From: Pecten maximus
Lineage: Eukaryota
NCBI RefSeq assembly: GCF_902652985.1
Contig: NC_047021.1
Span: forward strand, 20,894,001 to 20,958,000
Direction of reading: 5' to 3'
Length of the DNA stretch: 64,000 nucleotides
A program made the position numbers and the translations under genes. Shown here piece by piece: positions 62,291 through 64,000 of the stretch. Every line of letters starts with the position of its first letter. Positions within the stretch are counted from its first letter, which is position 1. A model generated the notes under the pieces. The model was not told the DNA's origin. It saw nothing but the letters and a program-made list of their open reading frames with translations, and did not search any database.

Positions 62291-64000
62291 ACTTCAACTA
62301 CATCATGTATCATTTAAATTCATGTGTTTACTGTACTGGAGACGGATTTACGTAAGTGTTTAACACTTGTTTCCGAATCCAATTCATCCCTAAGTGTGTT
62401 CGCTGTATTGAATGTAAAGGATGTATATTGAATGAAATAAAGTTTATACTAACAATTCAAAAGAGTGAGTATATGTCTTGTTTTTTTACCTGACTGTAAA
62501 ATATACTGGCATGAATTACTACAAAAATATGTTTCTATGAGTTTTGGGAATTAAGGTTAAAAGGATATTTCTTGGATTTAGCAGAAAGATATTTTCCAAA
62601 TTCCCGCAAATATGGCCAATAGTGAAGTGGTATGAATGCTGAAACTTAAAATCGATTCCTTGAAAAAATATTAATTTCCTGATGATATTCTTGTACAGTC
62701 ATCAGATAGTCAATATTTCCTATCAAATTCTAGAGGTTGTGGTCTGATCTGCTGTTCGCACTGACTTCCGGTCACTTAGCGTCTCGCTTGTATTCTTGAC
62801 CGCCCTTTGTCTATCCATCCTTAAACCGCATGGCTTAAAATCCAGATTATACTGTATGTATCGTAAACCAGGAATTCCAGTGAGACCTTGTCGTAGATCA
62901 TCATATGATGCTCATTAATTCTTTCTAGTTTAGATGCGTTCTATTCTTTCCTTCTCTTTCTCTAAGTACTTATCGACACGTGGTATTCACAAAATATAAT
63001 CATTGGTAATTGCTTCTTCTGAAAGTAGCAAAATAAAACACACCGAGAAAGAGGTTAACATATGTACATCTATCAGGGAAATAGCGAAAATAAACTGTCC
63101 AAATCTAATATCTAAGGCAAAATAGAACACTACACCAAGATTGTGACGAATTATCTTTGCAGTGCTTCGCTTGTCCGTCTGTCCGCAAATTGACAGGCAC
63201 AACGATCGCGAGGGACCGATCGAGACATACCCACACATCAAGTTCCAGAAAAATATCATATGCCTCTAAAATAGCGATAAAAAACAAATGTCAAAATCCA
63301 AGACGATTCACCCATTTGTATTTATTGATTAATCTCTACCAGCACAAAGCTGTTCTAACAATTGTGTCAACGTTAAACAATACAAAACAAATACAAAACA
63401 AAAAGCAGGCCATCAATTGATCAACACATGTAGTCCAAGAAATGTACTATACCGAAAGGAGACAGAAACAATCAGAAGTTGTCCAGTTTGCGGGAAATAA
63501 AAAGATGTAAAAAATGTAATAATTACGGTGGCTGCATGATTTATGCCATCTCGTCTTTTCGACTTTTCATCCCGAAAATACGAAAGTTAACAAACCTTAA
63601 TTTTCGTCTTTTCGGGACGGAAAGACTAATTTAAGACGAAATGTAAGGTTTATTAATTTTCGTCTTTACGGGGAAGAAAGACGAAAATTACTGTTTTTAA
63701 TTTTCGTGGAGGCATGCACGATATTGACGAGTCCAGATTTTTTATTCATTTTGAAAGGGATACCCTTGGATTTATTTTCGGTAAAAACAGAGCAATTTTA
63801 ATTGCATTTCTTATTCTTTTTAGTGTAATTATTCATCTTTTTTATCAGAAATAATGTTTGATATCAAGAAGTCGATTTTTATATAAAAGATATGTTATTT
63901 TCTATATTAAATAAATAAATAAATAAATAAAGACAGGATATCTATCGGTGTCTTCAGTAAAACAAAATATATCTCACGAGTGGGGTTAATATTTTGATAT

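Overview
Eukaryotic, AT-rich, repeat-dense DNA. The repeat families look like those of a marine invertebrate, probably a bivalve mollusc (inference). The window is dominated by one minus-strand, ~47 kb, multi-exon class IIb deacetylase gene (HDAC6/HDAC10 family). I reconstructed it by hand from GT-AG boundaries and phase matching: putative promoter and non-coding exon near 59.2 kb, ATG at 57749, 30 coding exons per transcript down to 14152, and an uncertain terminal exon. It encodes two catalytically intact HDAC domains (CD1, CD2); I saw no ZnF-UBP domain. Main finding: CD1 has two duplicated 60-nt exons, 32249-32308 ([20 protein letters not shown]) and 30406-30465 ([20 protein letters not shown]), that look mutually exclusive. 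They differ at the substrate-gatekeeper position: Glu as in the polyamine deacetylase HDAC10, or Lys as in HDAC6 CD1. Also seen: a candidate alternative first exon, minisatellites made from the gene's own splice donors, exon sizes mirrored between the two domains, many intronic mobile elements (pogo/Tigger, Mutator-like MITE, HINE-like, SINE, LINE fragments) and a 170-nt assembly gap. All exon calls are manual and untested against transcripts.
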